Origin: an uncultured Actinomycetota bacterium
GTDB taxonomy: Bacteria > Actinomycetota > Actinomycetes > JAHEKZ01
NCBI GenBank assembly: GCA_963829525.1
Contig: CAWHIJ010000003.1
Location: 1,536,001 to 1,600,000, forward strand
Direction of reading: 5' to 3'
DNA length: 64,000 nucleotides
Shown here: positions 8,910 through 20,528 of the stretch, in pieces
Position numbering within the stretch: position 1 is the stretch's first letter
Layout of the letters: the number at the start of each line of letters is the position of its first letter
Made by a program: the position numbers and the translations under genes
The notes under the pieces: model-generated
What the model was told of the DNA's origin: nothing
The model's database searches: none
What the model saw: only the letters and a program-made list of their open reading frames with translations

Positions 8910-10331
8910 ATGACCGCCGAGCTGGCCACCGCCTTTGAACTGCCCAACATCGTCACCGAGCTGCCTGGCCCGCGCAGCCGGGAGTGGTTCGCTCGCGCAG
9001 ACAGGCACTTGACCGGCGCCATGGTTGACCACTCGATCGTGCCGTTCGTCGAGGCCGCCAAACGGGGGTCGCTGATCGTCGATGTCGACGGCAACACGTT
9101 CGCCGACCACATGTCTGCCTGGGGTGCGTCCCCATTCGGTCCGACGCCAGAGCGCATCAAGCGCGTGATGGAAGAGACGTGGGACCGCCACGGGATGCAG
9201 ATCAGCGGCTGGATTCAGAGCACACCGGTGCTTGAGCTCAACGAACTTATGGTCGAGGTGGCACCTGGCCGGCTCAACCGTGTCGAGTACTCAGTGACAG
9301 GGACATTGGCGGTCGAAGGCGCCGTGAAACTCATGCGCGAAGCGACCGGACGTCCACTGATCCTCACGTTTGGCGGCCAGTATCACGGTGAGTCCACCTA
9401 CCTGACCGCTGGACTCTCCAGCGACCTGTCGAACGTCACCGCCGGCAGCGCGCAGTACGTCTCCGGCGTCGTCACCATCCCGTTCCCCAATCGGTTCCGC
9501 TCGCCGTTCGCCAAGGGTCCGGGTCCGTTCGACGACACCGCGGTGCTCGACTACTTGGAGGACTACCTGCTGGTGCAGCAGGTGCATCCAGGGCAGGTGG
9601 CCGGCGTCATGATCGAGCCCGTGCTCGGCGAAGGAGGCATCCACGCGCCGAGCCAGGCGTTCTGGGACCGGCTCGGCGCCATGTGCAAGAAGTGGGGCTG
9701 GCTGCTGTGCCTCGACGAGGTGCAGACGTGCATGGGGCGCTGCGGTGAGATGTTCGCGTTCGAGATCTGGGACGGCATCGACCCCGACCTCGTCTTGCTG
9801 GGCAAGTCTTTTTGCGCTGGTGGGCAGCCGATCGCCGGGCTGCTGGGCACCGACGCAGTGATGAAGGACACCGAGCTGCACCTCGGAAGCACGTACGGCT
9901 TCGTCCCGGCAGCCGCTGCCGCGGCTGCTGAGGGCATCCGGATCATCCAGGAGGAAGGCGTCCTGGATAACGTCCGTGAGCTCGAGCGCGTCTTCCTGGA
10001 GGAGATGACACCTCTGGTGGCGCGCGTCGAGCAGGTCGGTGACGCCAGGGCGTCAGGTGCGCTCGCTGCTCTGGAGTTCGTCAAGGACAAGGCGTCCAAC
10101 GCGCCCGCTCCGTCGTTCCAGTACGCGGTGTACGAGGCCGCTCTAAGACGCGGCGTCCTCGGGATCACGCAACGCGGCAAGTGGCATTACCGGCTGCAGC
10201 CGGCGCTGACGATGCCACCAGAGTTCTTCCGCGACAGCTGCCGCCGCATCATCGACGCGGTGGACGAGGTTGCGGCGAACCCGCCTGTGGAGGGCCACGT
10301 GCTCGACACTGTCGCGGAGTCCTACCGCTAG
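8910..10331 (+). CDS. Class III PLP-dependent aminotransferase (GABA/diamine aminotransferase-like)
   Basis: TGTLAVEGAVK, YHG, IEPVLGEGG, DEVQTCMGRCG, DLVLLGKS (PLP Lys); GAGGAG RBS. Confidence 0.85.
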   Translation: MTAELATAFELPNIVTELPGPRSREWFARADRHLTGAMVDHSIVPFVEAAKRGSLIVDVDGNTFADHMSAWGASPFGPTPERIKRVMEETWDRHGMQISGWIQSTPVLELNELMVEVAPGRLNRVEYSVTGTLAVEGAVKLMREATGRPLILTFGGQYHGESTYLTAGLSSDLSNVTAGSAQYVSGVVTIPFPNRFRSPFAKGPGPFDDTAVLDYLEDYLLVQQVHPGQVAGVMIEPVLGEGGIHAPSQAFWDRLGAMCKKWGWLLCLDEVQTCMGRCGEMFAFEIWDGIDPDLVLLGKSFCAGGQPIAGLLGTDAVMKDTELHLGSTYGFVPAAAAAAAEGIRIIQEEGVLDNVRELERVFLEEMTPLVARVEQVGDARASGALAALEFVKDKASNAPAPSFQYAVYEAALRRGVLGITQRGKWHYRLQPALTMPPEFFRDSCRRIIDAVDEVAANPPVEGHVLDTVAESYR

Positions 10332-10828
10332 TGGTCGATGGCGGGTCGGCGTCCGACAGTGGCTCGTCGGGAGTCTCCCAGGTCGACGACACCGACGTCG
10401 CGATCATGACCGCGCTGCAGGAGGACGGCCGGCGACCTTTCACCGAAATCGCGCGCTCCCTAGGTTTGTCCGAGGGCACGGTGCGACAACGCGTCGCGCG
10501 GCTCCAACGACTCGGCATCGTGCAGATCGTGGGAGTCATCAACCCTTCGCGACTTGGCATGCGTCGTCTGGTGATCGGCGTTCAGGTGCGCGGGAAGCCG
10601 GTCTCTGGTGTTGAGAAGGCGATCCGTGAGTTCCCAGAGGTCGACTACGTCGCGGTGAGTACCGGCGGGTACGACATGGTGCTGATGGCAGCGTGCCGCG
10701 ATGACGACCACGTGCTCGATCTCGTCAGCGAGCGGCTGCGCAAGATTGTGGGCGTCGACGGTCTCGACGTGATCACCGTCTTGAAGGAGACCAAGGACGC
10801 CTACCGGTACTTCGGCGCCATCAACTGA
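10331..10828 (+). CDS. Lrp/AsnC family transcriptional regulator
   Basis: DDTDVAIMTALQEDGRRPFTEIARSLGLSEGTVRQRVARL HTH; TGGYD motif; start approximate. Confidence 0.9.
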   Translation: MVDGGSASDSGSSGVSQVDDTDVAIMTALQEDGRRPFTEIARSLGLSEGTVRQRVARLQRLGIVQIVGVINPSRLGMRRLVIGVQVRGKPVSGVEKAIREFPEVDYVAVSTGGYDMVLMAACRDDDHVLDLVSERLRKIVGVDGLDVITVLKETKDAYRYFGAIN

Positions 10829-10838
10829 CCGCCACCGC

Positions 10839-12318
10839 TCAGGTTTCCAGCGCCCAGCCCTTGGCACGTTCGACGGCAGCCCGCCAGAGCCGGTGCGCGT
10901 TCTCGTCGCGCCGCCCAGGGGCGAACGTTCGCTCGATGCGGCGCTTTCCGACCAGTTCATCCTGGGACGCCCAGATGCCCGAACCCAGCCCAGCGAGGAA
11001 CGCAGCCCCTAGCCCGGTGGTCTCGATCATCTCTGGACGTAGCACCGGGACGCCCAGCTGGTCGGCTTGCAGCTGGCAGAGCAGGTCGCTGGCGCTGGCA
11101 CCGCCGTCGACGGCCAGAGTGGGTAGCGATACCGAGGCCTCGGCAACCATGAGGTCGACGACGTCGCGCACCTGGAAGGCGATGGCGTCCAATGTGGCTC
11201 TTGCCAGGTGGGCGGCCGTCGTTCCCCTGGTGATGCCAACGATGACTCCGCGGGCGGACGGATCCCAGTCTGGTGCGCCCAGCCCAGCCAGGGCCGGAAC
11301 GAACACCACACCGCCGGCATCGGGGACGGAGCCGGCCAGGTCGTTCACCTGGTGGGCGGCCTCGATGACCCCCAGGCCGTCCCGCAGCCACTGGATCGCC
11401 GCCCCGGTGACGAAGACGGAGCCCTCCAGGGCATACGTCAACGTGCCGTCCGGTGCGCCGACAGCCACGGTGGTGAGCAGCCCAGCGTGGGAGTCGACGG
11501 CTTGGCTGCCGGTGTTGACCAGCACGAAGGAACCGGTGCCGTAGGTGCACTTGGCGTCGCCCGGCGCGAAGGCGCACTGGCCGAAGAGCGCAGCCTGCTG
11601 GTCGCCCGCGATCCCGGAGATGGGAACGTCCAGACCGAGGAAGCAGCTCGGATCTGTGCGTCCAAGCTCCCCATAGGACGCGACAACGGTGGGCAACGCA
11701 TCCATGGGGACTCCGAAGAGTGCGCAGAGGTCCGCAGACCAAGCGCCACCGTGTATGTCGAAGAGCAGCGTCCGTGACGCGTTGGACACGTCGGTGATGT
11801 GGTGCAAGCCGCGGCCCATGCGCGCGACGAGGTAGGAGTCGATCGTTCCGATGGCCGTACGGCCAGCGGTGACACCCGCCCAGATGTCAGGTTCGTTGTT
11901 CTGGATCCATGCGAGCTTGGTCGCCGAGAAGTACGGGTCCAGGCGCAGTCCGGTGGTGCTGCGGACTATGCGCTCGTGACCGTCCTGCCGAAGCTGCTCG
12001 CACATGCCGGACGTCCGGCGGTCCTGCCAGACGATCGCCGGACGCGGTGAGCTCGAGCGTCTCGCGATCCCACAGGACCACGGTCTCGCGTTGGTTGGTG
12101 ATCCCGACACAGGTCGGTGTCGATGGGGCGTCCGCCAGAGCATCCCGGGCCGCGTCAAGGGACGCCGTCCAGATCTCGTCGGGGAAGTGCTCGACCCAGC
12201 CGGACTGCGGGAAGTGCTGAGGGAACTCTCGATAGCCACGGGACTGCACAGCGGTGTCAGTTCCCACTACCAGGGCGGTAACTCCGGTGGTACCCGCGTC
12301 GATGACCAGGACTGACAT
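10839..12318 (-). CDS. glpK: Glycerol kinase (apparent frameshift near 12050)
   Basis: IDAGTT, GITNQRET, AIVWQDRRT, DPYFSATK, GDQQAALFG, KCTYGTGSF, VDGGA; split over ORFs 11887..12495 and 10839..12239. Confidence 0.9.
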
Positions 12319-12412
12319 GCCCAAAACCCTAGGGTAGGGAGGTGGCGGTGGCACGGTCGTGCGGCCGATGTGAGGCAGGCTGCCGCCTGCGTGACGAGTG
12401 AAGGAGAAGACC

Positions 12413-13438
12413 ATGCGTGTCGGCGTCCTGACCGGTGGGGGAGACGCCCCCGGGCTCAACTGCGTGATCAGGGCTGTGGTGCGGCGCGGCGTCACCGACT
12501 ACGGCATGGACTTCGTCGGTTTCGCCGATGGATGGCTCGGGCCGCTGACCGGCAAGACGAAGCCGCTGGACATCAACGCCGTCCGGGGCATCCTTCCTCG
12601 AGGCGGAACGATTCTCGGCTCGTCACGCACCAACCCGCTCAAGCAGGAAGGCGGCCTGGACGCCGTGCGCGCCACGATCGCCGACTTGGGCGTCGACGCC
12701 CTGGTCGTCATCGGCGGCGAAGACACGCTCGGTGTCGCGGCCAAGCTCTACGAGGCCGGTGTGAAGGTCGTCGGCGTCCCGAAGACGATCGACAACGACC
12801 TCGCCTGCACCGACGTCACGTTCGGTTTCGACACTGCCGTTCAGATCGCCACCGATGCCATCGACCGGCTGCACACCACGGCGGAGTCTCACAAACGCGC
12901 GCTCGTCCTGGAAGTCATGGGGCGACATGCGGGGTGGATCGCGCTTCACTCCGGAATGGCAGGGGGGGCGAACGTCATTCTCATCCCCGAGCAGAACTTC
13001 GACATGGATGAGGTAGTCGGGTGGGTCGAGGCACGTTTCGAGCGTGGCTTCGCGCCGATCATCGTCGTTGCCGAGGGGGCGGTGCCCAAAGGCGGAGACA
13101 TGGTGCTCAAGGACGGCGCGACGGACGCTTTCGGTCATGTGCGGCTGTCGGGCATCGCCGACTGGCTGGCCCGCGAGCTCGAGAAGCGCACGGGGCATGA
13201 GGCGCGCACGACGGTGCTCGGCTACGTGCAGCGCGGCGGCACACCGACGGCGCGCGACCGGGTGCTGGCCACGCGTTTCGGGATCCGGGCGATCGACGCC
13301 GTCCGAGACGGCGATTTCGGGCAGATGGCGGCTCTGCGGGGCAACGACATCGTGCTGGTGCCCCTCGCCGACGCCGTGGCCCAGCTGAAGACCGTCCCGC
13401 CTGAGCTCTACGACGAGGCGAAGGACTTCTTCGGCTGA
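12413..13438 (+). CDS. pfkA: 6-phosphofructokinase (actinobacterial group III type)
   Basis: TGGGDAPGLN, GGEDT, PKTIDND, EVMGRHAG, LGYVQRGG; AAGGAG RBS. Confidence 0.95.
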   Translation: MRVGVLTGGGDAPGLNCVIRAVVRRGVTDYGMDFVGFADGWLGPLTGKTKPLDINAVRGILPRGGTILGSSRTNPLKQEGGLDAVRATIADLGVDALVVIGGEDTLGVAAKLYEAGVKVVGVPKTIDNDLACTDVTFGFDTAVQIATDAIDRLHTTAESHKRALVLEVMGRHAGWIALHSGMAGGANVILIPEQNFDMDEVVGWVEARFERGFAPIIVVAEGAVPKGGDMVLKDGATDAFGHVRLSGIADWLARELEKRTGHEARTTVLGYVQRGGTPTARDRVLATRFGIRAIDAVRDGDFGQMAALRGNDIVLVPLADAVAQLKTVPPELYDEAKDFFG

Positions 13439-13455
13439 GCTCGCCGCCGATCGCC

Positions 13456-13480
13456 ACGTCTGGCCCTCAGGGCCACGTTT
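13456..13480 (+). terminator. Possible hairpin terminator after pfkA
   Basis: TGGCCC-TCA-GGGCCA stem with flanking ACGT pairing, followed by a short T run. Confidence 0.3.
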
Positions 13481-13532
13481 GGTCGCGCCAAGGGGCTCAA
13501 CGCAGCGAGCCCTGGCGCTTCCGTACCCTTGA

Positions 13533-14864
<1,332 letters not shown>

Positions 14865-14964
14865 CGTGTCGAGTGCGATTGCCGCACTTAACATGGCGGG
14901 CCCATTGTCACTTCTCTTGCGGTGCTCACGAAGGCCAGACTGGGTCTGTGAGAGTGGAGTTTCC

Positions 14965-15570
14965 ATGACACAGCCGCAGAACGCCGACGCCCTCCGAGCA
15001 GCACACGAACGTCTGAGGCGCGACAAGGCAGCAGAGATCGAACTCAGGTCGGTCGATCAGTTGCTCGACGCCAGCGGCACCCAGCCGTCAGGCGTCGCCG
15101 TGCTGGCAGGAGTCCTCGATTCGGCACTGCGGCTTCCAGACGTCCTCACCATCCGCATCGTGCTACCTGAGCTGACTGACGTCCACGAAACTGAGATTGC
15201 CGCCTTCCGGGACCACTGCCGAGCGCAGGCGGACGCGGATTGGCGTGCTGCGATGGCCCTTCGGCAGGGAGGACTCCGTGAGATCCCACGGGCGCTCGTG
15301 TACTCGGTCATGGCGGCGACGGTGGGTGTCGCGAGCGGCTACCTGGCAGAAGGTGTCGACGGCACGCTCGTGACGGTGCTCCTCTACGCCATGGCGTTCG
15401 TTGCTGTGATCGCGGCGTGGACGATCGGCTGGGCACCGATCGAGCAGGCACTCTTCGACTGGCGTGCCCCTGGCCACTCGGCGTCGGTGTACGCGCTGAT
15501 GGCCCACGCGCACATCGAGGTCATTGAGGGGCCACGGGAGGTCGACGGTGCGGTAGCGCTCGGCGGCTGA
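14965..15570 (+). CDS. Hypothetical membrane protein with two C-terminal TM helices
   Basis: Open frame, GGAG RBS, hydrophobic segments, W..GW.PIE..LFDW motif; function not recognised. Confidence 0.6.
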   Translation: MTQPQNADALRAAHERLRRDKAAEIELRSVDQLLDASGTQPSGVAVLAGVLDSALRLPDVLTIRIVLPELTDVHETEIAAFRDHCRAQADADWRAAMALRQGGLREIPRALVYSVMAATVGVASGYLAEGVDGTLVTVLLYAMAFVAVIAAWTIGWAPIEQALFDWRAPGHSASVYALMAHAHIEVIEGPREVDGAVALGG

Positions 15571-15632
15571 GGCTCACATCAACCACTGCCGTGTCCGAAT
15601 CCCGCTAGTGGCGGCGCCCGCTGCGGGGTTGG

Positions 15633-17099
15633 ATGGTCTCCATGAGCCCTACCACCGCCGCGGTCACGCTGCCCGGCCATGACGCCGAGTCGCTCTACCG
15701 TGCGGTTGCCTCGAGGGACCGGCGGTTCGACGGACGGTTCGTGCTCGGCGTGACCTCGACGGGGATCTACTGCCGACCGTCGTGCCCAGCGCGCACGCCC
15801 AAGCGCGAGAACGTCCGCTACTTTGCGCTGCCCGCCGCGGCGGTGGCCGCTGGTTTCCGCGCCTGTCGACGGTGTCGTCCTGATCGGGTGTCACCCCGCC
15901 CCCACATCGCCGACGAGACTGGTCTCGTGGAGCGTGCCCTCACACTGATCGGACAAGGGGTCGTCGACGACGCGGGCGTCGCGGGTCTGGCGGAGCGGCT
16001 GTCGGTGAGTGAGCGTCACCTACACCGACTGCTGATGTCGTCGGTGGGTGCCGGTGCGCTGGGGCTGGCGCAGGCACGCCGCGCGCAGGCAGCCCGAACG
16101 CTGCTGGAGCAGACGCCCCTGCGCGTGACCGACGTGGCCTTCGCAGCCGGTTTCGGTAGCCTCCGCCAGTTCAACGACGTCATCCGCGCCGAGTACGGCG
16201 CGAGCCCGACTGAGCTGCGCCAGCGACCGGCTAAGCCCGACCGGCCAGCGGACGCGGGCTCGCTCGCGCTGCGGCTACCCGTGACGGTGCCGTGGGACGG
16301 CGCGCGCCTGTTGGCGTTCCTTGGGTCACGAGCGGTGGACGGCGTGGAGGCCCACGACGGCCGCCGCTACGTGCGCACGCTGGCCACCCCTGCTGGAGCA
16401 GCGATGCTCGCGCTCGAGCCCGGCGACGACGCGGTACACGTGCAAGTCACGGCGTACGACCTCGGCGCCATCGGTCCGGCGATGGTGGCCGTGCGCCGAC
16501 TCTGCGACCTGGCCGCTGACATCGAAGCCATTGAGTCTGGGCTGGACGCGGTGCCGGCGCTCGCTGCCTTGGTGCGCGCCCGGCCGGGTCTGCGGGTGCC
16601 CGGAGCCGTCGACGGCTGGGAGATCCTGGTGCGCGCGATCGTCGGACAGCAGGTCTCGGTCGCGGCGGCAAGGACTCTGCTCGGCCGGATCGTGGAGCGG
16701 TGCGGACCACCGGTTGGTGATGCTGCTCAGGGAGCGGTTACGCGGCTCTTCCCATCGGCCACTGAGGTCGCAGCTGGAGATCTGAGCGGTCTTGGGTTGA
16801 CCGGCCGCCGGGCGGCATCGCTTGAGGCAGCGGCCGAGGCGGCTGCGTCGGATGAGCTGCTACTGGAACCGGGGGATGACCTGCACGAGGCACGGCGCCG
16901 ACTGATGACACTACCGGGCGTAGGTCCCTGGACGGCCGAGTACGTGGCGCTGCGAGCACTGGCCGACCCCGATGCCTGGCCGGAAACCGACTTGGTGCTG
17001 GCGCGAGCGGCGTCCGGAATCGATATCGAACGGCTGCGCCCCTGGCGGGCGTACGCCGCAGTGCACCTCTGGACCCGATACAGCGAGGAGACGGCATGA
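15633..17099 (+). CDS. alkA: Ada-AlkA fusion: Ada Zn domain, AraC HTH and DNA-3-methyladenine glycosylase II
   Basis: TGIYCRPSC..GFRACRRC, AFAAGFGSLRQFN, AIVGQQVS, LPGVGPWTA HhH, WRPWR-like RPWRAYA. Confidence 0.93.
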   Translation: MVSMSPTTAAVTLPGHDAESLYRAVASRDRRFDGRFVLGVTSTGIYCRPSCPARTPKRENVRYFALPAAAVAAGFRACRRCRPDRVSPRPHIADETGLVERALTLIGQGVVDDAGVAGLAERLSVSERHLHRLLMSSVGAGALGLAQARRAQAARTLLEQTPLRVTDVAFAAGFGSLRQFNDVIRAEYGASPTELRQRPAKPDRPADAGSLALRLPVTVPWDGARLLAFLGSRAVDGVEAHDGRRYVRTLATPAGAAMLALEPGDDAVHVQVTAYDLGAIGPAMVAVRRLCDLAADIEAIESGLDAVPALAALVRARPGLRVPGAVDGWEILVRAIVGQQVSVAAARTLLGRIVERCGPPVGDAAQGAVTRLFPSATEVAAGDLSGLGLTGRRAASLEAAAEAAASDELLLEPGDDLHEARRRLMTLPGVGPWTAEYVALRALADPDAWPETDLVLARAASGIDIERLRPWRAYAAVHLWTRYSEETA

Positions 17100-17593
17100 G
17101 CCTGCGTGGGTGGACGATCGAGACGTCTTTGGCGCCCTGGAGCGTCGTGGTGGACGGTGATGTGGTGGTGGCGTCCGGCTTCTGCTCGCTCGAGCAGCTT
17201 GGCGAACGGTTACCGGGCGGCGCGGAGACGTTGTCGCGAGCAGATGCCACCGGGGTGGTCGCGGCAGCGGCCCGGGCCTACTTGGCCGGGGACGCAGGTG
17301 CGCTGGACGCTGTGGCGGTTCGCCAGCCGGGCGGAGAATTCCAGCAGCAGGCGTGGGCGGTGATGCGGGAAATTCCGGCTGGGCAGACTTGGTCGTACGC
17401 CGACATAGCGACGAAGGCGGGGCGACCTTCGGCGACTCGGGCGGCCGGGACTGCGTGCGCGCGGAACCTGGTGGCGCCGTTCGTTCCATGTCACCGGGTT
17501 GTGCGGTCGGATGGGTCTTTGGGCGGCTATGCCTATGGGCTCCCAGTGAAGCGGTGGCTGTTGGCGCTGGAGGGCGACTCGGCGGGAAACTAG
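17096..17593 (+). CDS. ogt: Methylated-DNA--protein-cysteine methyltransferase
   Basis: FQQQAW..IPAGQTWSY, VPCHRVV active site, GGYAYG; ATGA overlap with alkA. Confidence 0.93.
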   Translation: MSLRGWTIETSLAPWSVVVDGDVVVASGFCSLEQLGERLPGGAETLSRADATGVVAAAARAYLAGDAGALDAVAVRQPGGEFQQQAWAVMREIPAGQTWSYADIATKAGRPSATRAAGTACARNLVAPFVPCHRVVRSDGSLGGYAYGLPVKRWLLALEGDSAGN

Positions 17594-18462
17594 CGGAGGG
17601 ACTTCAGCAGCGCTACGTCGGCAGCGTGTTCTGCCTCGTTGCCGGGGGTCTCGATGACGAGCGGGACCTGTTGCATCGTCGGATGGGCCAACAGGGTGCG
17701 GAACGGCTCAGCGCCGACATGACCGGAGCCGATTGCGGTGTGGCGGTCCTTCTTGGCACCGGCGACATCCATCGAGTCGTTGGCGTGGATCAGCCCAATC
17801 GGCACGGTGCCGCGCACCTTGTCGAGGTGGTCGAGGAAGTCGTTCATCCCGCCGTCTGCCGAGAGGTCGTGACCGGCGGCGAAGAAGTGGCAGGTGTCGA
17901 CGCAGACCCCGAGGCGTGGGTGGTGCTCGAGCCAGTGCAGGTATTCGTCGAGCTCATCCAGCGTCGAGCAGAGCGACTGGCCCTGCCCCGCGGTCGGTTC
18001 GAGCAGAACCGGGGGAGCGTCGTCGGGCAAGGCATCGAGGATTGGCAGCAGGAGGTCGCGGGTCTGCACCATCGCCTCGTCGTACCGGTCCTTCGCAACC
18101 GCCGACCCGGTGTGCACGACGACGCCGCGCGCACCTATTACTCGGGCACGCTCGACGGTGTGCGCCAGTGATGTCGCCGACTTCTCGGCAATGGCCACGT
18201 CAGGGCTGCCGAGGTTTATCAGGAACGACGCGTGGACGTACGCGGGGAGCCGACCGGTGACGACGTCGCGGAAGGCGGCATCCTGCAGCGGGTCACCCTT
18301 CGCCGCCGCCCACCCGCGCGGATTGGTGACGAAGACCTGAACGCACTCGGCGCCGATCTCGTCGGCGTAGGCGAGTCCACGTTTGGCCAAGCCACCGCTG
18401 GTCGGAACATGGGCGCCGACCGGGGGACCGGATGCACACGTCGTCTTCGAACGCCGCCTCAT
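17590..18462 (-). CDS. nfo: Endonuclease IV
   Basis: GAHV, QVFVTNPRGW, HASFLINL, LLEPTAG, DTCHFFAAG, HANDS, DRH, IETP; TGATG coupling with the kinase stop. Confidence 0.9.
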   Translation of the reverse strand: MRRRSKTTCASGPPVGAHVPTSGGLAKRGLAYADEIGAECVQVFVTNPRGWAAAKGDPLQDAAFRDVVTGRLPAYVHASFLINLGSPDVAIAEKSATSLAHTVERARVIGARGVVVHTGSAVAKDRYDEAMVQTRDLLLPILDALPDDAPPVLLEPTAGQGQSLCSTLDELDEYLHWLEHHPRLGVCVDTCHFFAAGHDLSADGGMNDFLDHLDKVRGTVPIGLIHANDSMDVAGAKKDRHTAIGSGHVGAEPFRTLLAHPTMQQVPLVIETPGNEAEHAADVALLKSLR

Positions 18463-20393
18463 CAGACCAAGCCGAGCTCGACGACGCTGCCCTTGGGAGC
18501 CTGGCTGCCGCCCTCGGGGTCCTGCGTTGCGACGCGGTTCAGCGGGCTGACGCCGAACAGGTCGTAGGTCTTGTACGCGAAGCCAGCGGCTTCGAGTTTG
18601 GCGATAGCTTCCTCCAGAGGCATGTCTACGACATCGGGGACCTCGACGAGCGGTGGTCCGAGCGACACGACGACCGAGACCGTGCTGCCCTGCTGGACAC
18701 TCGCTCCGGCAGCCGGGTCCTGGCTGATGACTGCGCCGACCGGCACCTTGTTGCTGTACTCCTCGCCGCTCTGGTCATACTCGAGATTCTGCTTGCCGAG
18801 CTGGTCCTGAGCGCTGCCGGTGGAGTCTCCCACCAGGTTGGGCACCGTCACCGGAGGGAGTCCCTTACTCACCACGAGATCGACGCGCGTGTCTGGTCGT
18901 ACCGAGGTGCCGGCCTCTGGCTTGGCATTCATGACAATGCCCGTCTCGACCGTGTCGGAGAACTTACGCGTGATGTCTCCCACCGCAAGATTGCGTTGTT
19001 TGATCTGCTGCTTGGCGTCCTCGAGCGCTTGGCCGACCACATTCGGGACGTCGTAACGCTCAGGACCCTTCGACACGACCAGGGTCACCGTGCTGCCGGA
19101 CGGCACCTCCGCGCCCTGCTCCGGGTCGCTGCTGATGACCTGACCAGCCTTGACGATCTCGCTGTACTTCTCGTCACCGAACTTGACGTCGAGTCCCTCG
19201 GACTCCAGCTGCGATTGGGCCGCCTGTGCGGTGAGCCCTGTGACGCGTGGCACCGTCGTGTTGCGTCCGTCCCCGATCCACCAGGCGAAGGCACCGGCAG
19301 CAATGGTGAGCGCGAGCACGACGGCAAGTGCCACGAGGCCCCGTCGACGACTGCGCTTGCGGTACGCCTCGGGGTCGAGTGCCTGGTCGCTTGCTTTCGA
19401 AGTGGCTTCGCTGGGTGCTGGCGGCGTCGGCGCGCCGACCGGTATGGCGGCATCGGCCGTAGGTGTCACCGCCGTGTCGTGCGTCGCAGCCGCCACGCCT
19501 ACCGGGATGGGCACCACCATCGTCTGTTGCAGGTCAACGGGCGTGGCCGACTTCGGGACGGTGCGCACCAGCAGCAGGAGCGCAGCGGCATCTGCCGGAC
19601 GCTGGTTCGGGTCGCGCTGAGTGGCCGCCAGGACGACGTCGTCGAGCAGGTTGCTGACTCCGGGGCTGAACTCCGATGGGGTAGGCACGTCCTCATTCAC
19701 GTGCCGGTAGGCGACAGAGATCGCCTCGTCTCCGGTGAACGGTGGGGCGCCGGTGAGCATCTCGAAGAGGACGATGCCTGCGGAGTAGACGTCGGAGCGT
19801 TCATCGGAGACGCCCGGCTTGACCTGCTCTGGCGACAGGTACGCGACGGTTCCGAGCAAGAGCCCAGAAGTGATGTGTTGGGTGGATGAAGTGTTCGTCG
19901 CGCGAGCTAGACCGAAGTCAGTGACGTAGACGTGGCCGTCGTCGCCGATCAGGACATTCTCTGGTTTGACGTCGCGGTGCACGACGCTTTCGGCGTGCGC
20001 TGCCGCGAGGGCCTGCAGAACGGGGTCGATGACGGCAAGCGCCTCGTCGACGGGGAGGCGCTTACGCTCGTTCAGGACGTCGCGCAGCGTCCGGCTCGGA
20101 ACGTACTCCATCGCGAGGAAGATGACTCCGCCATCTTGGCCCTGGTCGAACACCTTGACGATGTGACGGTTGGACAGCCTGGCGGCGGCACGGGCCTCGC
20201 GGGTGAAGCGGGCGACGAAGTCGGGGTCCTCGGCGAACGACGGGTGCATGACCTTCAGCGCGATGGTGCGGTCAAGCCGGGTGTCGGTCGCCCGATAGAC
20301 GGTGGCCATACCACCGCGCGCAACCTGCTCGTCGACGCGGTACCGCTCGTCGACAAGTCGCCCGATCAGCGGGTCGCCACCGTCAGAGTTCAC
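18462..20393 (-). CDS. pknL: Stk1-type Ser/Thr protein kinase with TM helix and four PASTA domains (PknL position)
   Basis: ARGGMATVY, IALKVM, HRDVKPEN, DFGLA, YLSPE; four VP-initiated repeats, three ending VS(K/L)G; neighbour of the Rv2175c-like gene. Confidence 0.85.
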   Translation of the reverse strand: MNSDGGDPLIGRLVDERYRVDEQVARGGMATVYRATDTRLDRTIALKVMHPSFAEDPDFVARFTREARAAARLSNRHIVKVFDQGQDGGVIFLAMEYVPSRTLRDVLNERKRLPVDEALAVIDPVLQALAAAHAESVVHRDVKPENVLIGDDGHVYVTDFGLARATNTSSTQHITSGLLLGTVAYLSPEQVKPGVSDERSDVYSAGIVLFEMLTGAPPFTGDEAISVAYRHVNEDVPTPSEFSPGVSNLLDDVVLAATQRDPNQRPADAAALLLLVRTVPKSATPVDLQQTMVVPIPVGVAAATHDTAVTPTADAAIPVGAPTPPAPSEATSKASDQALDPEAYRKRSRRRGLVALAVVLALTIAAGAFAWWIGDGRNTTVPRVTGLTAQAAQSQLESEGLDVKFGDEKYSEIVKAGQVISSDPEQGAEVPSGSTVTLVVSKGPERYDVPNVVGQALEDAKQQIKQRNLAVGDITRKFSDTVETGIVMNAKPEAGTSVRPDTRVDLVVSKGLPPVTVPNLVGDSTGSAQDQLGKQNLEYDQSGEEYSNKVPVGAVISQDPAAGASVQQGSTVSVVVSLGPPLVEVPDVVDMPLEEAIAKLEAAGFAYKTYDLFGVSPLNRVATQDPEGGSQAPKGSVVELGLV

Positions 20394-20528
20394 AACACGC
20401 GAGTTTACGTTCGGGAGTGCGGCAGGCCCGGCATCTGGAGCGTGTGCCGCCGCTGTTCTGCGGTGACCTGGCTCACCCCGCGACCCGCTCGCTGACTCAT
20501 CAGTCAGTGAACCCACTAGCATGCCGGG

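Noticed and set aside
12345-12370. GCCGATG upstream of pfkA as a sigma-28 promoter
   Set aside because: No matching -35 element at 15-nt spacing (reads GCGG)
18432-19889. Long antisense ORFs (e.g. 18432..19889, 12623..13906, 47480..48808, 55031..56179)
   Set aside because: Shadow frames of real genes, expected from high-GC codon bias; no recognisable motifs
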